Translations under genes and position numbers: made by a program
The notes under the pieces: generated by a model
The model's input: only the letters and a program-made list of their open reading frames with translations
What the model was told of the DNA's origin: nothing
The model's database searches: none
DNA from: the human T2T-CHM13v2.0 reference genome, Homo sapiens
DNA length: 64,000 nt
Reading direction: 5' to 3' (one strand)
NCBI RefSeq assembly: GCF_009914755.1
Contig: NC_060937.1
Shown: in pieces, positions 38,571 to 53,509 of the stretch
Position numbering within the stretch: position 1 is the first letter of the stretch
How the letters are laid out: the number at the start of each line of letters is the position of its first letter

Positions 38571-38738
38571 CTGGAAACCCAGGAATCCCAGGAGCCCCCT
38601 GCTGTCCAGGAAGGCCAGGGAGCCCCGACTGTCCCGTTATGCCAGGGAGTCCTTGAGCCCCTTTATCTCCTTTAGGGCCCGGCATGTCCAGTCCAGGGAA
38701 TCCGGGGAAACCCTTCTCTCCTTTTATTCCAGGAGGGC
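38571..38738 (-). CDS. COL4A1: COL4A1 exon 32 (168 nt)
   Basis: tgcag|GCCCTC...CCAG|gtaagt; [27 protein letters not shown]... Confidence 0.97.
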
Positions 38739-39429
38739 CTGCAGTTGGGTGAAACACAAATAACTTTTAGCAGAATTTACAGAATGATCTACAATGTACA
38801 GTGCTCTGTTTAACTATGACTTTCTGCAGAAAGCCCGTGAGCACGCCCACACTGGGAACTTGAATGGATCATCTGTTAGGTGTTGGTGTTTGGGGTCATC
38901 AGGATAATCAAATGGCTCTTGTTCTAAAAGAAAAGCACTCCCCTTTCCTGTCATTGAGAGTCAGCAAGGCCACCCTAAGCACCACCACTGCCTTGTCGCA
39001 GTACTTAGGACTAGGGCTAGTTTTGCTCTAATTTCCATGCACCACCTTAATTCTATGATTATTATGATCAAAGGCAAAGCTAGGTTCTAGACATGGACTC
39101 AATTAGTTGAAATTATCCACCACTAATTAACCGTCCTATGGAAAGATAATATAGAGACATCAGTTAGAATAAAATGTGAAACGTGACGGAGTACACAATA
39201 AAGGAAAGGTCTCTTTGTTTGGCACATCATCTCAGTGGGTGGGAGAAGAATCTGGGACTACATTTAAGCAAACAATCAAACCTATTTTCACAAACTCGAG
39301 TTTTATTTTTTTCTCTTTTTATCTCATACATTGTGCTAAGCTTCACTTTATAGGGACCCCGGCCTCATCCCCCATGCTTCAGAAAAGCATGCTTTTGGGA
39401 ACAGATAATTCTAGAAGCATGTCACTCAC

Positions 39430-39543
39430 CTGACAACCCCGGTGGTCCCTGTCCTCCAGGGGGACCCCTAGCTCCAGGGGGGCCTATTCCTGGAACTCCT
39501 GGAGACCCCACGGAGCCTGGCAATCCAGGAGGTCCCGGTTCAC
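39430..39543 (-). CDS. COL4A1: COL4A1 exon 31 (114 nt)
   Basis: tccag|GTGAAC...TCAG|gtgagt; [38 protein letters not shown]. Confidence 0.96.
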
Positions 39544-39777
39544 CTGGAGAAGAAAAATTGAGAGTAAGCTGTACAGGAGCAGTGGCACGTCTCCCGGCCT
39601 AGGAGACCCATGCACACGAATGGCCCCAGCAACGGAAAGCCACGAGCTCTAGGCCTCTAAGATTTGCATCGTTCGTTCAACAAATACATATCAAATATAC
39701 TCGGTAGGGGCTCTGGGAATGCAAAAATAAGCACATCCTGTCCTCGAAACCCTCCAGACTGATCTGCATGAAGTTAC

Positions 39778-39928
39778 CTCTGATCCCCTGAAGCCCAGGG
39801 GGTCCGATCGCTCCATGTTCTCCAGGAACGCCTGGTACCCCAATGCTCCCCTTCTCCCCGGGTGTGCCAGGAATGCCGGGAAGACCTGGCAAACCTTTGA
39901 GTCCCGGTAGACCAACTCCAGGCTCTCC
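39778..39928 (-). CDS. COL4A1: COL4A1 exon 30 (151 nt)
   Basis: ttcag|GGAGAG...AGAG|gtaact; [15 protein letters not shown]...GLQGIR. Confidence 0.96.
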
Positions 39929-41225
39929 CTGAAAATCCCCAAAGCACAGAGAAGCAAATTGATTTGCAAAGTCAGTATTTTTATCAAACCAATAGCGTAA
40001 GTGAAGACTTAACAGATACTGCCAATGCATTTAGTAAGAATATTATCTGCTCAACCCTTTTCAAGCGTTTGCAAAGCTTCCTCATACCTATTATATCTTT
40101 TCAATCTCACCACAAGCCCCATAGGTGGGTAACTTTCATTGTTTTCATTTTACAAAGGAGGAAAAGCAAGGCTCCCCACGGATAAATGACATTTTTCTCA
40201 AGTCTTCTGACCTGAGCTTGTCCCCTCAACTCTGCAGCCTGGTGCCTGTGACAAAGCACTGGCCCTGAGTAACCGGTAAAATGCCAAATATGATTTGTGA
40301 GTAGTTAATGGAGTTCTTCCTAAGAGATGGCAAGGTTCCAGGGCTAGCATGGACACCAGTTATTTAGTTTTTTGGATTAATGAAGGTTTCACAGTAAATT
40401 AAGCATTTTAAACTATGGCATGAGTCACTGGGCTTTGATAGATACAGATGATTAAAATAAAGGGTGAAGGTGCCTTGGAAACAGCCTGGATTTAGGCATA
40501 GATGTGAGGCTCCAAAGCAAGCAGGTGGCCATGAAATCACAGGGCTCCACCGGTGTCCCCTGTCTGCAAATGATATTTCCAGAGAGGGAGGATTTGGACA
40601 TTAGTGGGCAGTGGTAACTTCCCTACTTGTCCCAGAAGGAAATTCTCAAAATGGAACAAACTCCATCAAGGGGATGCTTGAAAAAGCATGGTATTTTTAA
40701 TCATAAATTAAATCTTTCATTCCCATTCCATTAGGCATTTACTAACTCCTGAGTCTTGCACTAAGTTTAAGATGATCCGCAAGTTGCCGCGGTTGACTAA
40801 ATGTTCAAATGCAACGTAGGTTATCAGGGGAAGCTGGTGGCGGGTTGTACAAAGACAAAGGTCCAAAGGTTTCTCTTCTGCCTCAGCCACCAGAGGAGGG
40901 CACCCTGCTGTCAGGTATTTCTCCGGAAGAAACCCCCCTGGGATCCCAGAGGCACGGCCCCTGTGGTGCCCATCTGCCCTCTCCTGAGGGCCAGGGAGCA
41001 GGCCCCACCTGGGTCCATCACTGGCAACGTTTATCGATGGCCGTTGGCCCTTTCTCCCGTTTGGTACCAATGCCTTCTGGCAATTTCACATTGGTTCCTT
41101 ACAATCAGGACAGGAAAGGATCTAATCGGTAGTCGCTCACATTTGCTGAGCAGAATTTCAAGTATAGGCAAGTTGGTAGCAGAATATTTGAGGGCAAGGA
41201 GAATCCTGACTTCACCCTGTACCAA

Positions 41226-41443
41226 CAGTTCTCAAGCCGGGGCAATCTGATCGCCCTAGTGACATTTGCCAATGTCTGGAGAGATTTTCAGTTGTGACTG
41301 GGTGGAAGGGGGATGCTCTTTTGGTGACCCATAGGTGGAGGGAGGGCTGCTCCTGTCAAAAGCCCTACAAAGGCACAGGGTGGCCCCCCACAGAAAAGAG
41401 CTATTGAACCCAGAATGCCAGTAGTGCTGAGGCTGAGAAACCA
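41226..41443 (+). mobile_element. MER20-like hAT DNA transposon, intron 29
   Basis: cagttctcaa...gacatttgccaatgtctggagagattttcagttgt...tgctgaggctgagaaacc. Confidence 0.8.
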
Positions 41444-41798
41444 TCCTGGGTGACTATGCTTTCTTTCAGGACAGTGGCTTTCAAACAGCCTTCATCTGCT
41501 TCTCACAGTAAGAAACATATTTTACCCTGAGTTTCAGCTTACACAGGCAAGAAAATGTCTGTCATAAAATTTCATAAAATTGAAACAAATGTTTCATAAA
41601 ATCAAAACAAGTGTTTCCCTTCAAAATACTTACTTCCATGTGCTACGTTCTCTGATACTTTCTATTCTATGTTATTTCATCAAAAACAAAAATCTGCTGG
41701 CCCAACATGTCCTGGGACGTTCACAACCTGCATTTTTTCCATCCAACTAATAACAAGGATGGGGGAGAAGGGTCATGGAGGGAATGCTTGGCACTCAC

Positions 41799-41896
41799 CT
41801 TCTGGCCCTGCACACCTGGGTTCCCAGGTAAGCCATTAAATCCCGGGCGACCTGGAGTCCCCGGTGGCCCCATGTCTCCAGGTAAGCCGTCAACAC
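41799..41896 (-). CDS. COL4A1: COL4A1 exon 29 (98 nt)
   Basis: aacag|GTGTTG...GAAG|gtgagt; [33 protein letters not shown]. Confidence 0.96.
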
Positions 41897-43500
41897 CTGT
41901 TTTAAAGAGTCAAAAAAAAAAAAACAAACAAACAATCATTGCGATTACAATGCCGTTCCCCACTTTCTTCACTTTTAGTCTTGCCCAGAGATGCCGACCT
42001 GATCTGAGAAGGTCAACTGTGGAGGCCTTCCGAGGTGGCTGGAAGAGGCCAGGGGAGACTGCCCGGCAGAGGGGTCAGGTGCGTTGCTGTCTCTTCCAGC
42101 ACCTCTGCCCTCCTCTTTCTCTCTCCTTTCCTTTTCTTCTGCTCTCTTCAAACTTTTCTTTCCCATCCTACTCTCCCCAAACAAAACAAATATACCCCTT
42201 GGCGCCTGCAGGTGAGAAGGGCACTTTATTCATCTACTCAAGGTGTGGTTGGGGGGGCAGGTCACCACCATCACTTCATTAGAAATGCAGACCCCAGGGG
42301 TCTATAAGGCAGGCCCACTTTTCAAGATCCCACAGGATCTGTCACTGAAGGACACCTGCCCACTGTCTGGGCCCCGCTCTGGAAGCTCTGATGGGCTATG
42401 AAGCTGGCCAGCCACTAGTTCAGACCCTTTGTATGCAACACTGAGGTCTCCGATGTCCAGTAATTTGTAAGTTTGCAGTGGCACACACCCGAATCACATC
42501 TTCTGTGAGGCTGCTGCACAGATAGGGTCTGTCCTCCTCACTGCCACAAAGCCAAGCAACTCCATGTCACATGGGTCACGGCCTCAGGTGAAGGAGGCAC
42601 TGTGTGAGGCAATGGTGGAATGTGAGGGAGTTGTGAGTGTGACGAGGCCTCAGCGCCTGGCCCTCCTGAACAGGGATGCTCTGCTGCCCGCCCAGCCTGA
42701 GGGAAGCAGCCGTGGTGTGGGTGGGCGTTGCGTGGCTGTCAGAGGAAAGGGGCTGCCGTCTCCTGTTCTCCAAGCTAGCAGCCTACAGCAGTGAGGGTGG
42801 ATGGGGCCTGGAGCCTCTGGGTAAGAAGCCTGGGAGCCTGGAGGAGATTTCAACCTAAGTGTGGCTGCGTGGTGTGTTGTACGAAGACAAACTTCCTTAC
42901 ACAACACGTCCCTTTTGTGCTCACAGCACCTTCTCCTCAGTCCTGAACAGAAGGTCTGTGATGACAAGTGTGTTGATCAAGGTCTACCTGAGGGACAAGT
43001 AGACCTAAGAAATGTGAAAAGCAGGGGGAAAAGAAATTCCCTCCTCACCTCCTTCCAGTTTTCAGCAGGAAGTGACGGCTCTAACACCGGTAGGACTCCT
43101 CCCCTCGGAGCAAAGGCCCCTCCCTGCGACTCCTTGCACCTCCCCCTGGGCGCTCCCCCAACTCCCAACCCACCCTGGCTGTGTTCAGGTGGACTGCGAG
43201 TCTTCCTCACGGATAAAAAGCAAACACCTGGAGGGTGGGTTTCAGCGGGCACCATTGGTGGCAGTGCCCATGCAGCTTGCACAGCCTTAGCGTCCCATCT
43301 TCCCAACCAAACCCTACACTGCAAGGCAGCTATTGCCTAGAAGCTCCTGAAATCACTGGGCTCAGCACTGCTTGGGCTCTTCTGAAAGCCTCCCTGAACA
43401 GCGGTCACCAGCTTCTGTGGTGTTTTGATGTCTACCACCTCCTCTTTTCTCACAGAAGTCACAGGTGGACCAAAGGCTCGGGTCCGTCTGGCAGGGTTAC

Positions 43501-43605
43501 CTTTGGGGCCGGGGGGCCCTGGAAATCCAATGCCTGGCTGGCCCACAGCGCCCTTCTCTCCTGGCAGGCCTGGCCTTCCTGGGGTTCCGGGAAAGCCTCG
43601 GTCTC
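43501..43605 (-). CDS. COL4A1: COL4A1 exon 28 (105 nt)
   Basis: cacag|GAGACC...AAAG|gtaacc; [35 protein letters not shown]. Confidence 0.96.
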
Positions 43606-43691
43606 CTGTGGTGAGAAAGACCAACAGTCAGCGTGAGAAAAACGTGAGGAAACTCTCGTGGTATCCCGGTGAGCTGGAATTCCAATCGTAC

Positions 43692-43784
43692 CTTGGGGAC
43701 CTGGGAAGCCTGGGGACCCCGGCAGTCCTTCTGCTCCAGGGGGGCCTGGTAAAGGAACAATTTTTCCTGGTTCACCCTTTGGAC
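43692..43784 (-). CDS. COL4A1: COL4A1 exon 27 (93 nt)
   Basis: tctag|GTCCAA...CAAG|gtacga; GPKGEPGKIVPLPGPPGAEGLPGSPGFPGPQ. Confidence 0.96.
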
Positions 43785-45066
43785 CTAGAGGAAAAAAAGA
43801 GCAAAGACAAACGATGAAGGAATGAGGACCACACGGAACACAGGGAGGACACGCAGTGGGTGGGCTGCACGCCACATCCTACCCAGCACCACGAGTGCCC
43901 GGAGAGCAGAGCCTCTGCCTGTGTTCTCCACTTCTTCCCTTGGTGTTTCTAGGATCTTTCACAGAGAGCTACGCTTCTCCCCATGCGTTTGCATGTCCAA
44001 AATGACCAAGATGTTTGTTGGACACAAGAATCCCTTAAGAGTCCACAATTAAGAGTCACAAGAAGCTGAAAAATCTACAACAACAACATGTGAGGTGGCT
44101 CTAGGTGATTTCTTAGTGAGCCGGTCTCAAAAAGTCAAAATACTTTTGCTGTTCTCTCTCAATTTACCAAAGTCTAAGTTGCTTTGAGATTGACCTAAAT
44201 TACGGTCGTTTGGTGGGAAATTATCCAAACAACATGATCCGCGGGTGATTACGAACGATCCATTATCTGTAATGGTGCAGCTGGAGAGCTCTGCGCTCAC
44301 TTGAGCAACACAGGCAAAACCATCCTTCCTCCCAAGCCAGGAAGCACAGCCCCGGCCCTCTGGGCACTCATGCCTAGGAGAGCCACCGGAGTGTCAGGGT
44401 TTCGCTGTTAAGAAAGGACCAAAGGCTTCCCCTCCAAGAATGCACGCACTGAATCTTCGTACACCTCGTAAGAGTTCAAGCTATGTGGGGCCTCCCTAGA
44501 ACAGCCAGCACATTCTTTAGCTACAGACTGTGGGAAACGCCAACTGAACGACCCTAGGAAATGCCTGCTGTTGGTGACACACACCCTGGGCACCAGGCTT
44601 TTATGATTACCACAGTTACACACAGCTCTGGCAGATCAAAGACATCTGTTTTCTAATCTCGAAGCTAATTGGCTCTGGATGGCCAAGGAGCCCTACAGCT
44701 GTGGGGAGAGAGGATCAACAGCCCTGTTCCCCCTCCCCAGAAGCCTTCTTCCCCATCTGCTAGGGTATATTTGTGAGTACTCCAGTTGGTTTCTCTGATG
44801 GTAGTTTCTCGCCAAAAGAAAAGCTAATTCCCTTCGACAGCTCTGGAAATCTGCAGATGTCACAAGCACAAAGACAGCACTTGATTTGTTGATTGTGGAA
44901 TCAAGAGACCCAAGGGAAAGTGATCGGAAGTCCCTATGCCTGGCTCACCGAAGTCCTCCTCCATCAAACCCGGTATCCCCTACCTCTAATGGAGTCATAA
45001 AAGAGACATTTCTGGGACGCTTCTAAACAAAGAACAACCATCAACAGAGTCAGAACTTGATGCTAA

Positions 45067-45505
<439 letters not shown>

Positions 45506-45557
45506 TAGTCCCTAATGGGAATAGGAATTCATAAAACAGGCTCAATATGGTTATTGA

Positions 45558-45951
<394 letters not shown>

Positions 45952-46892
45952 CCAGCTACTTTATAAATAACTATGTTTTTTAAGGTTTACTAGTTAGATA
46001 TTTTTAATCACCTTAAGTCCTTTCACTCACTTTTACAACTTTTGAATGTTTCCTAGCAACGCGCATTTACTTCCCTCATCTACACACAAGGCATTCCTAG
46101 CCTCTCCTCTTCTCATTCCGGGATTTTCTAGGGAAGAACAGGCGTGCTCCATGTCTACTGGGAATCGCAGTCAGATAATAAACTATTAGCACCTGCTGTG
46201 TGCAAGGCCTAGCGCCACAGCCCCCTCCCGCTGGCCCTGAAAATAAGCAAGTCGTGGGAGAGGAGAACGACGAGGGAGCCCACACTCATCCCTGCTACAG
46301 GTTCTCTGGAAAACCTCTGAACAGGCTGTGCAGGAGGGCAGGGACCACGTCTGTGGTTTTGACCATGTGTTGTCAATGCTCAGCATAGAGCTTGGCGCGT
46401 GATTCACTCCAAAAACAGCAGACAACTAAAACCACCATGGAATGAAATCGTCATCGCGCTGTAGGACCTCTAAATCCATTCACAGGCGTCTGCCGACTGT
46501 GAAGAGGTGGAGATCACACCACTCGGGATGCACAGAAGCCAAAATGGGCTGCTCATCGGGGAAAGCCAAATGGGTAAGGAGAGGAAAATGACTTGACCTC
46601 GGTGTGACTTCTATACAAAGGCTGACTTTAGCTGGTGCGTGCTGTGTACTTACTTATGAGGACTGTAAACCCAAGTTCTCCACCTGCATATTACCTGGCC
46701 CATCACATACATGAGGAAAGGGAGGCACAAAAGGCTGAAGGCTTGCCCAGGTCCTGCCCCAATTCCTGGAAGAATCAAAGCCAAGTGTGCGCCCTGGCCT
46801 ATGCGAACCCCAGGCCTCTGTGTGCACCCGAGGTGCCTGCCCTAACCTCCGTTTACAACTTCATGCTGCATCACGAGTTTCTCAGGCCTCAC

Positions 46893-47061
46893 CTGGCAGG
46901 CCTGGGGATCCAGGGCCTCCAGGAAAGCCTGCTTGTCCTTTGTCACCAATGGGACCAGCAGGACCATATCCTGGAGGCCCAGGGGGGCCGGTGTCACCAC
47001 GACTGCCTGGGAATCCAACTCCTCCAGGGGGGCCACGCTCTCCTTTCAATCCTACAGAACC
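46893..47061 (-). CDS. COL4A1: COL4A1 exon 26 (169 nt)
   Basis: atcag|GGTTCT...CCAG|gtgagg; [25 protein letters not shown]... Confidence 0.97.
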
Positions 47062-47645
47062 CTGATGTGAGAAGAAGAAAAAGACACCGTTATCAGAGAC
47101 ACACCAACACCCTGTCCTTATCGCATTCTTCTGACATTTGTGGTCAATAAGTACTAGAGTTAACTGGCTCACACTATTTATTTACTTCATCTACCCTCCC
47201 AGGAGGGCCACCTTGTAGTTAATAAGTGAAACCAGCATTCTTCTCCCTAAGCTGAGCATTCTTCCTCCCTCATCTACTTAGGGAGATACTTTAGAGAATG
47301 AGATGTTGATACCTGGAATCTTTTGAAAACAATGACATGAATACTATTAACTTTAGATTTCACCTCCCATCCAAAGCAAAAAGATACACAAACACATCTG
47401 TTCAGTTCCCCCAAATGCATCAGAAGACACTGATCTGTTATCACCTAATTATTTGTCAATAATAACTGGCAATGCCTAGGTTTATAGACTTAAGTTGTTC
47501 CATGAACCATGAATCATGAAACAAGTTCATTTGTGCCATCATCAAGGAGATAGAAATACATCAATATGATTCAAATTACTCATTTCTCAATGCTTTGCAG
47601 ATCCACACTGTAAAATGCACATTCAAAGTCTGGAGATAAACATAC

Positions 47646-47837
47646 CGGCGAGCCCTTGGGGCCAGGAAGACCCGGATGGCCATCTCTTCCAGGAGAACCC
47701 GCTCTCCCTGGCATGCCGGGCTGTCCTGGAAAGCCTGGGTCTCCTTTGTCACCTTTGAGCCGCAAGTCGAAATAAAACTCACCAGGCTCCCCCTTGGCTC
47801 CTGGCTGGCCTATCAGCCCTGGTGTACCTTGAGGGCC
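47646..47837 (-). CDS. COL4A1: COL4A1 exon 25 (192 nt)
   Basis: tacag|GGCCCT...GCCG|gtatgt; [32 protein letters not shown]...GPKGSP. Confidence 0.97.
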
Positions 47838-49502
47838 CTGTAAGAACAAAGCCTTGTGATCCACAGAAGAACCCATCCATGAAGCACACCAGTGTGACTG
47901 TAACACAAGCAACCATAGAATCAAGAAGCCACCTTCTTGAAAATGGTCATGCATTCATGCCTCATCATTGATTTTCTAGATGCAAGCCAGGAGCTCTGTG
48001 ACAAAGCCCTGGTCTGCTGCACTTCTTGTGTTTTTCTTAAAAACACTTATCTTAATTAGATATTTCAAGCAAAGACCTGGATGGGGCAGAGGGAGTTATA
48101 GTGTGGCTTTGGGCACCCAGCTCTCCTCCAGGAGTTTTCTTACCCTAACAACTGCTCAACATTCATAGGAACACACAGCACCTGTCAGAAGGTTCTGATT
48201 GATGTGTGGTTCATTGTGCAGCTTCAGTAACAGACAGACTCAAAGAACAATCGCTGTCCTCAGCTCTGCCTGCTGCCTCAGCCCCACCGGCAGCACGCAG
48301 AAGCCTTTTCTCCAGCTTCTGGGCCCACTGAGCTACCCGTCAGCACCTCCTGGCCAGTGCTGAATACTCCTGTGCATATTGAACAGGCTTCCTTTTATGC
48401 TCATGCCCAGAATTCCAGAAGAGATAAGGACTTCCAGGGCACCAGTGAGAGATGAAACTCTGGGAGTGGGCACTGGGCCAGCTCTAAAATGAGTTATGTT
48501 GAGTCAGCAGAGTCAAATTGACTTTCCCAAGAGACTCACACTAGAACGTTGCTCAGTTCCTGGAAAGTTAAAACTGCAAAGAACACCCATACCCACCAAT
48601 GGCTTCTCCTCCAGCATCCTGAGACTTGGGTTTCACAAGAAAAACAGAAAATGTTTCCAACAATTGTCCCATTGACTTGTTCACTTAGGCCTGAGAAAGG
48701 CATCTTCAGACTCCCTGTCGACTTGGCAGAATTTTAACTCTGGCACAATTCACTTAATGTGAATTTTTTTTCATAAACTTCCTTGCAGAAGGTTCTTAGA
48801 TATGTATGAATCCCTCACATGCACACGCTTCTGTGTGTACAGATGCTATGTGCTTCTCAAAGGAAGAAGTTGGTCAACCAAGGACAGACCAACATTTGCC
48901 CAATCTTTAGACTGAAAATATGGCTAGCATTGGTTACCAGCCTGCTAGGCACTATGACCCATTCTATAGCATCTCTGACCCTTATTGCAGCTCTGCAAGG
49001 AAAACATGGAAACCAGGACATAGCAGAGGAAGAAGCTGATACTCAAAGAAGTGAGCTGATAGATCCAAGACTACTCAGCCAGAAAGTGCTGGAACTGGGA
49101 TCCACATTTATGCATTTCCAGCTGCAAAACTTGTACCTTATGCCTGTGCCTCTGGAGTGCTAAGGAGAGTTAGGGATGAGCGAGTAAAATCTGCCCATTA
49201 CACAGGGGGAGAGGTGGGGCTTGAAGGACTTCTGTGTCCTGCTCAAAGTCAAACAAACAGCAAATGTGGGACTAACCTAAATGGAGCAGACTTGCTTTCC
49301 TGCCTGAATTGCTTCCTAACAGCTGAAACATCGCAGGCTAAGGAACGGGAGAAGCTGCTCTGCCTCCCATTCCATCTTCCATACCAACCACGATGCACTG
49401 ACTCCTGGCCCAATCCCATCAAGCAGGCTTCCAGAAGTATGGAGAGAGTCGGCAGCAACTCTCTGCACTGTTCAATATGACTTGGAAAGTTAAATTAAAT
49501 AA

Positions 49503-49871
<369 letters not shown>

Positions 49872-51602
49872 TGACTGCATTTCAAAGACTCAACAGCCAC
49901 CACTGGCCAGCAGCTGCCAGATCAGATGGCACTGACGTAGCACGCTCCTGTCATGGCAGAAGCTTCTCATGGACGACTACCAGTGGTCTGAGCTGGCCCC
50001 GCACTCTAATGCCCCTTATGACCTGGGACACTTCACTTGGATCTACTCAGGAAAGGTGGAACACACCCAGTCTATTTGCTCTGGGTCCCAGGAAAGGCAA
50101 CAAATTATTTCTATGAGCCACCTGCCAGAAATTGTAGCAGAGAGTCATGGAAAATTTGTTATTTACTTGAAAGGTGTTGTGGGATTTTTAAACTGTTTCT
50201 CTTGAGTTAATATTAGCTCCTATGCATCCTTCAATCCCAGCTAAAATTAGCCTCCTCTATGCGGCCTTTCTTGTGGGCTCGGGCTGCCTTCTGGTCCTCA
50301 TTCTGTAAATCACGTTGCATCATTAGGACAGTCTATTTGCAGAGCTGTCTCTCCACTAGTATTTCAGGGCTCTGAGGGTAGGACCAAGGTTTCCTATCTT
50401 TGTATCCTTGGCATCCAGAACAAAAGAGATACTGGAGGAAGTATACACTGAACTGGCAATATTCATCCATTAAAAAATACTAGTGTAAGAAATTATAACC
50501 AATGTATATTTTTCTCAACCTGCAAACATCATTATATTATTTTATGGTGATTACTCACAGCCTAAAAATATAAAGCTCCCCAATACTGTGATCTTAGGGT
50601 GAGAAAATATAATTTTTTATTTTAACAATGATGACCTTGCCTGCCATCATTCTATTTACGGGAGAAATCTGGGTTTTTAAAACAGTGACATTGGTGACCC
50701 TAGGACATCTCGTGTGCTTTCTTTGCCACAGAACTTCTTGATTCTAAGTAGTTCAAAGGTCTTTTGATCCGTCTCCCTGAAAATAAATGCTGAGGATTCA
50801 ACTACTGCCTGGAAAATTTAGCATTGGCTGCATTAATTGGAGAAAATCTGACACCTACGCTGTCTGCCTCTAAAAAGTGGTGCCACTGTGGAAAAAGTCA
50901 GGGAGTGTTGGTTTCAATTCATCCTCCCAGTGACCAGGAACCATGAAACCTGCTCAGACCAACCTGGGCATCATCAATCCGCTCGGGGAGTCGGCCTTTT
51001 GTGATTCATTATTCTTTCCCCAAAATCAAATACTTGTCTTTCAAAAGGAAATGTCACAGAAATGCTATCTAAGTCAAATGAAAAATCAGAGCATTTCACA
51101 TTTTAATCTACTCTCCTGTGTGCTCGTTTATGGATATCTCTTTTAGCCTCTAGCCAAATTCAAAATAAGAGAACCACATTTCTGAGCGAGTTAAATCACG
51201 GAGCTTCAAATACAGCTTCCAATAAAAGGAAAATTACTAACTTCTCAATTGAATTATTTACCCATAAATTTATTTTTAGAGACTTTTTCCAACTCCGGAA
51301 AGAAAGGAGCTCCTGATGAAGGCATAAGGAGTAGAATTGGGGTTGTATGTTTTCTTTCTTTTCTTCTATATTATGATCTTTCCTCAATATTCCTTCTTTC
51401 TCACCTCTTTCCTCTTTTTCCGTCTTTTATTAGATATGTCTAGACTGAGTTTCAGCCAGAGTTGAGGCAGGAAGTCCACCAGGAAAGCCCAGGAGATGAA
51501 GCGGTGCATAGAGGTTAAAAACGTCCTTTTCTGCTTCCTTCAAAGTTCTTCTGTCTTTGATCCCCACTACAGTCAGGGCTACCCAGTTATTTGAACTTCT
51601 AA

Positions 51603-51608
51603 TTTATT
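51603..51608 (-). terminator. Intronic poly(A) signal for the alternative terminal exon in intron 24
   Basis: First AATAAA I found downstream of the LLFQIHK* stop; more at 51426-51431 and 51269-51274. Confidence 0.55.
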
Positions 51609-52133
51609 TAGATATATCTTAAACAATTGCAACTTCTAACTCAGCTCCCCAGGCACCAGGGAAGTTCTGGAGAGCAAAAGCCCAAGATCTAACTTCAAAA
51701 GCAGAAAATGATTGCTGAATTCCAGCTGGGTCATTGCTATTTCAACTCGCTTTTGCCCTGGTTTTCTTTTGTAGAAGCTTCCAGCAATATCTTTAAAAAT
51801 TAAAAAATTTGAAGGGCTACATCAGAAATGAATAATTCTGAAATTTGACTTTCAATATCTTACAAAAAGAAAAAAAGGAATGAAAGGAATTGTGGAAACC
51901 AGTCCATGCTCGCAAAGCTCAGAAGAACAAAGAAAATACGAGAGGAACAATGCCTTGAGATTTCAAAACTTCAGAAACAGAAGTCATTATATGCAAGAAA
52001 ATAATGTCCTTCAAAATTCAAGATTATTATTATGCTCTTCTATTTAGTGGATTCTTTTAAAACAAACTACAAAAGCTAAGAAGCTGGTATTTTGTTCCAT
52101 TGAAAGGTTTCATGTCAATGTGATCCGGATATT

Positions 52134-52157
52134 TCATTTATGGATCTGAAAAAGCAA
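52134..52157 (-). CDS. COL4A1: Alternative terminal exon in intron 24 (coding part LLFQIHK*) of a short COL4A1 isoform
   Basis: gtgcag|TTG CTT TTT CAG ATC CAT AAA TGA, in frame after exon 24 (phase 0); AATAAA downstream at 51603-51608. Agrees with my recollection of an annotated 519-aa isoform (not verified). Confidence 0.7.
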   Translation of the reverse strand: MLFQIHK

Positions 52158-52706
52158 CTGCACAATAGATGTTGTAACAGAAATTTTCAACTGTAAGAAG
52201 AAGAATAAAAACATATTTCTAATCCTCAGAGGCAAACAGATCTGCTTTCCTTGATCTTTTCATAGAAACTATTGATGCTGAACCTACTGACTAACCAGCT
52301 TTTAGATGATCTGATATGATGTTACCAGCACTGGTAACACAGAAAGACGGCACTTCGGCTCTGCACTGTGGCTGTGTGGGGGTGGCTCCTGTGACACCAT
52401 TTGTTTCCAGAAATCCCAGAGACCCTGAGGGAAGGACACACTCCCATTCAGCCACACCTGAACACAGGTCGGCAGCAGCCGAAAAAATGTTGACCAGGTG
52501 AGAAGAAAGGCAGCTGTGATTTGGGCTCTGTGGGTAACAGTCTTGCTCATTCTCCTGAGACAAGGGCCGCATGGAGTCACTCCAGAGGGCTCGACACAGC
52601 AACACTTACCAGCTCCCACACAAGGCAGAAGCCATGCTTGCAAATGCAAAACGACACAACTCTGTCCACGTGCTTGGTGGCAACTTCTGATATGTACATG
52701 AACTCA

Positions 52707-52865
<159 letters not shown>

Positions 52866-53323
52866 TCAAAAGCATAAAAATTTGTATAGGAAGTGGATGA
52901 TTGCTTGGATAATCCAAAGAGAGTAATAACTAAAATGCCCAAGACGGACTCAGAAAGGGAATAGGTGACCCGACGCACATGTACACCCGGAAGCAGGAAT
53001 GCTTCCAGCACCCCACACCTGCCCCCCTGCCCACACACCCAGGGACCACTTAAAGGAAAAACATGAATTCCATTAACTGCTTGTGAGATAACAGAATCTG
53101 TGGCATGGAGGGAACTGTTATGCTGCTGTCTTTTATTAGGAAATCTTTATGAGGCCATCTTGATCATTCCCAGCAATGTGGACAAATCCTGGAAGTGGGG
53201 CCCGACATTCTTCTGATTATGCTTTAGGATTGGCTGCCGAAAATCAGGCCTTCTATGGAGTGAAATCCCTTTCACAGGAAAGATGCCAACACACCAAAGC
53301 AAACTCTGACCTGGTCCTTTTCA

Positions 53324-53509
<186 letters not shown>

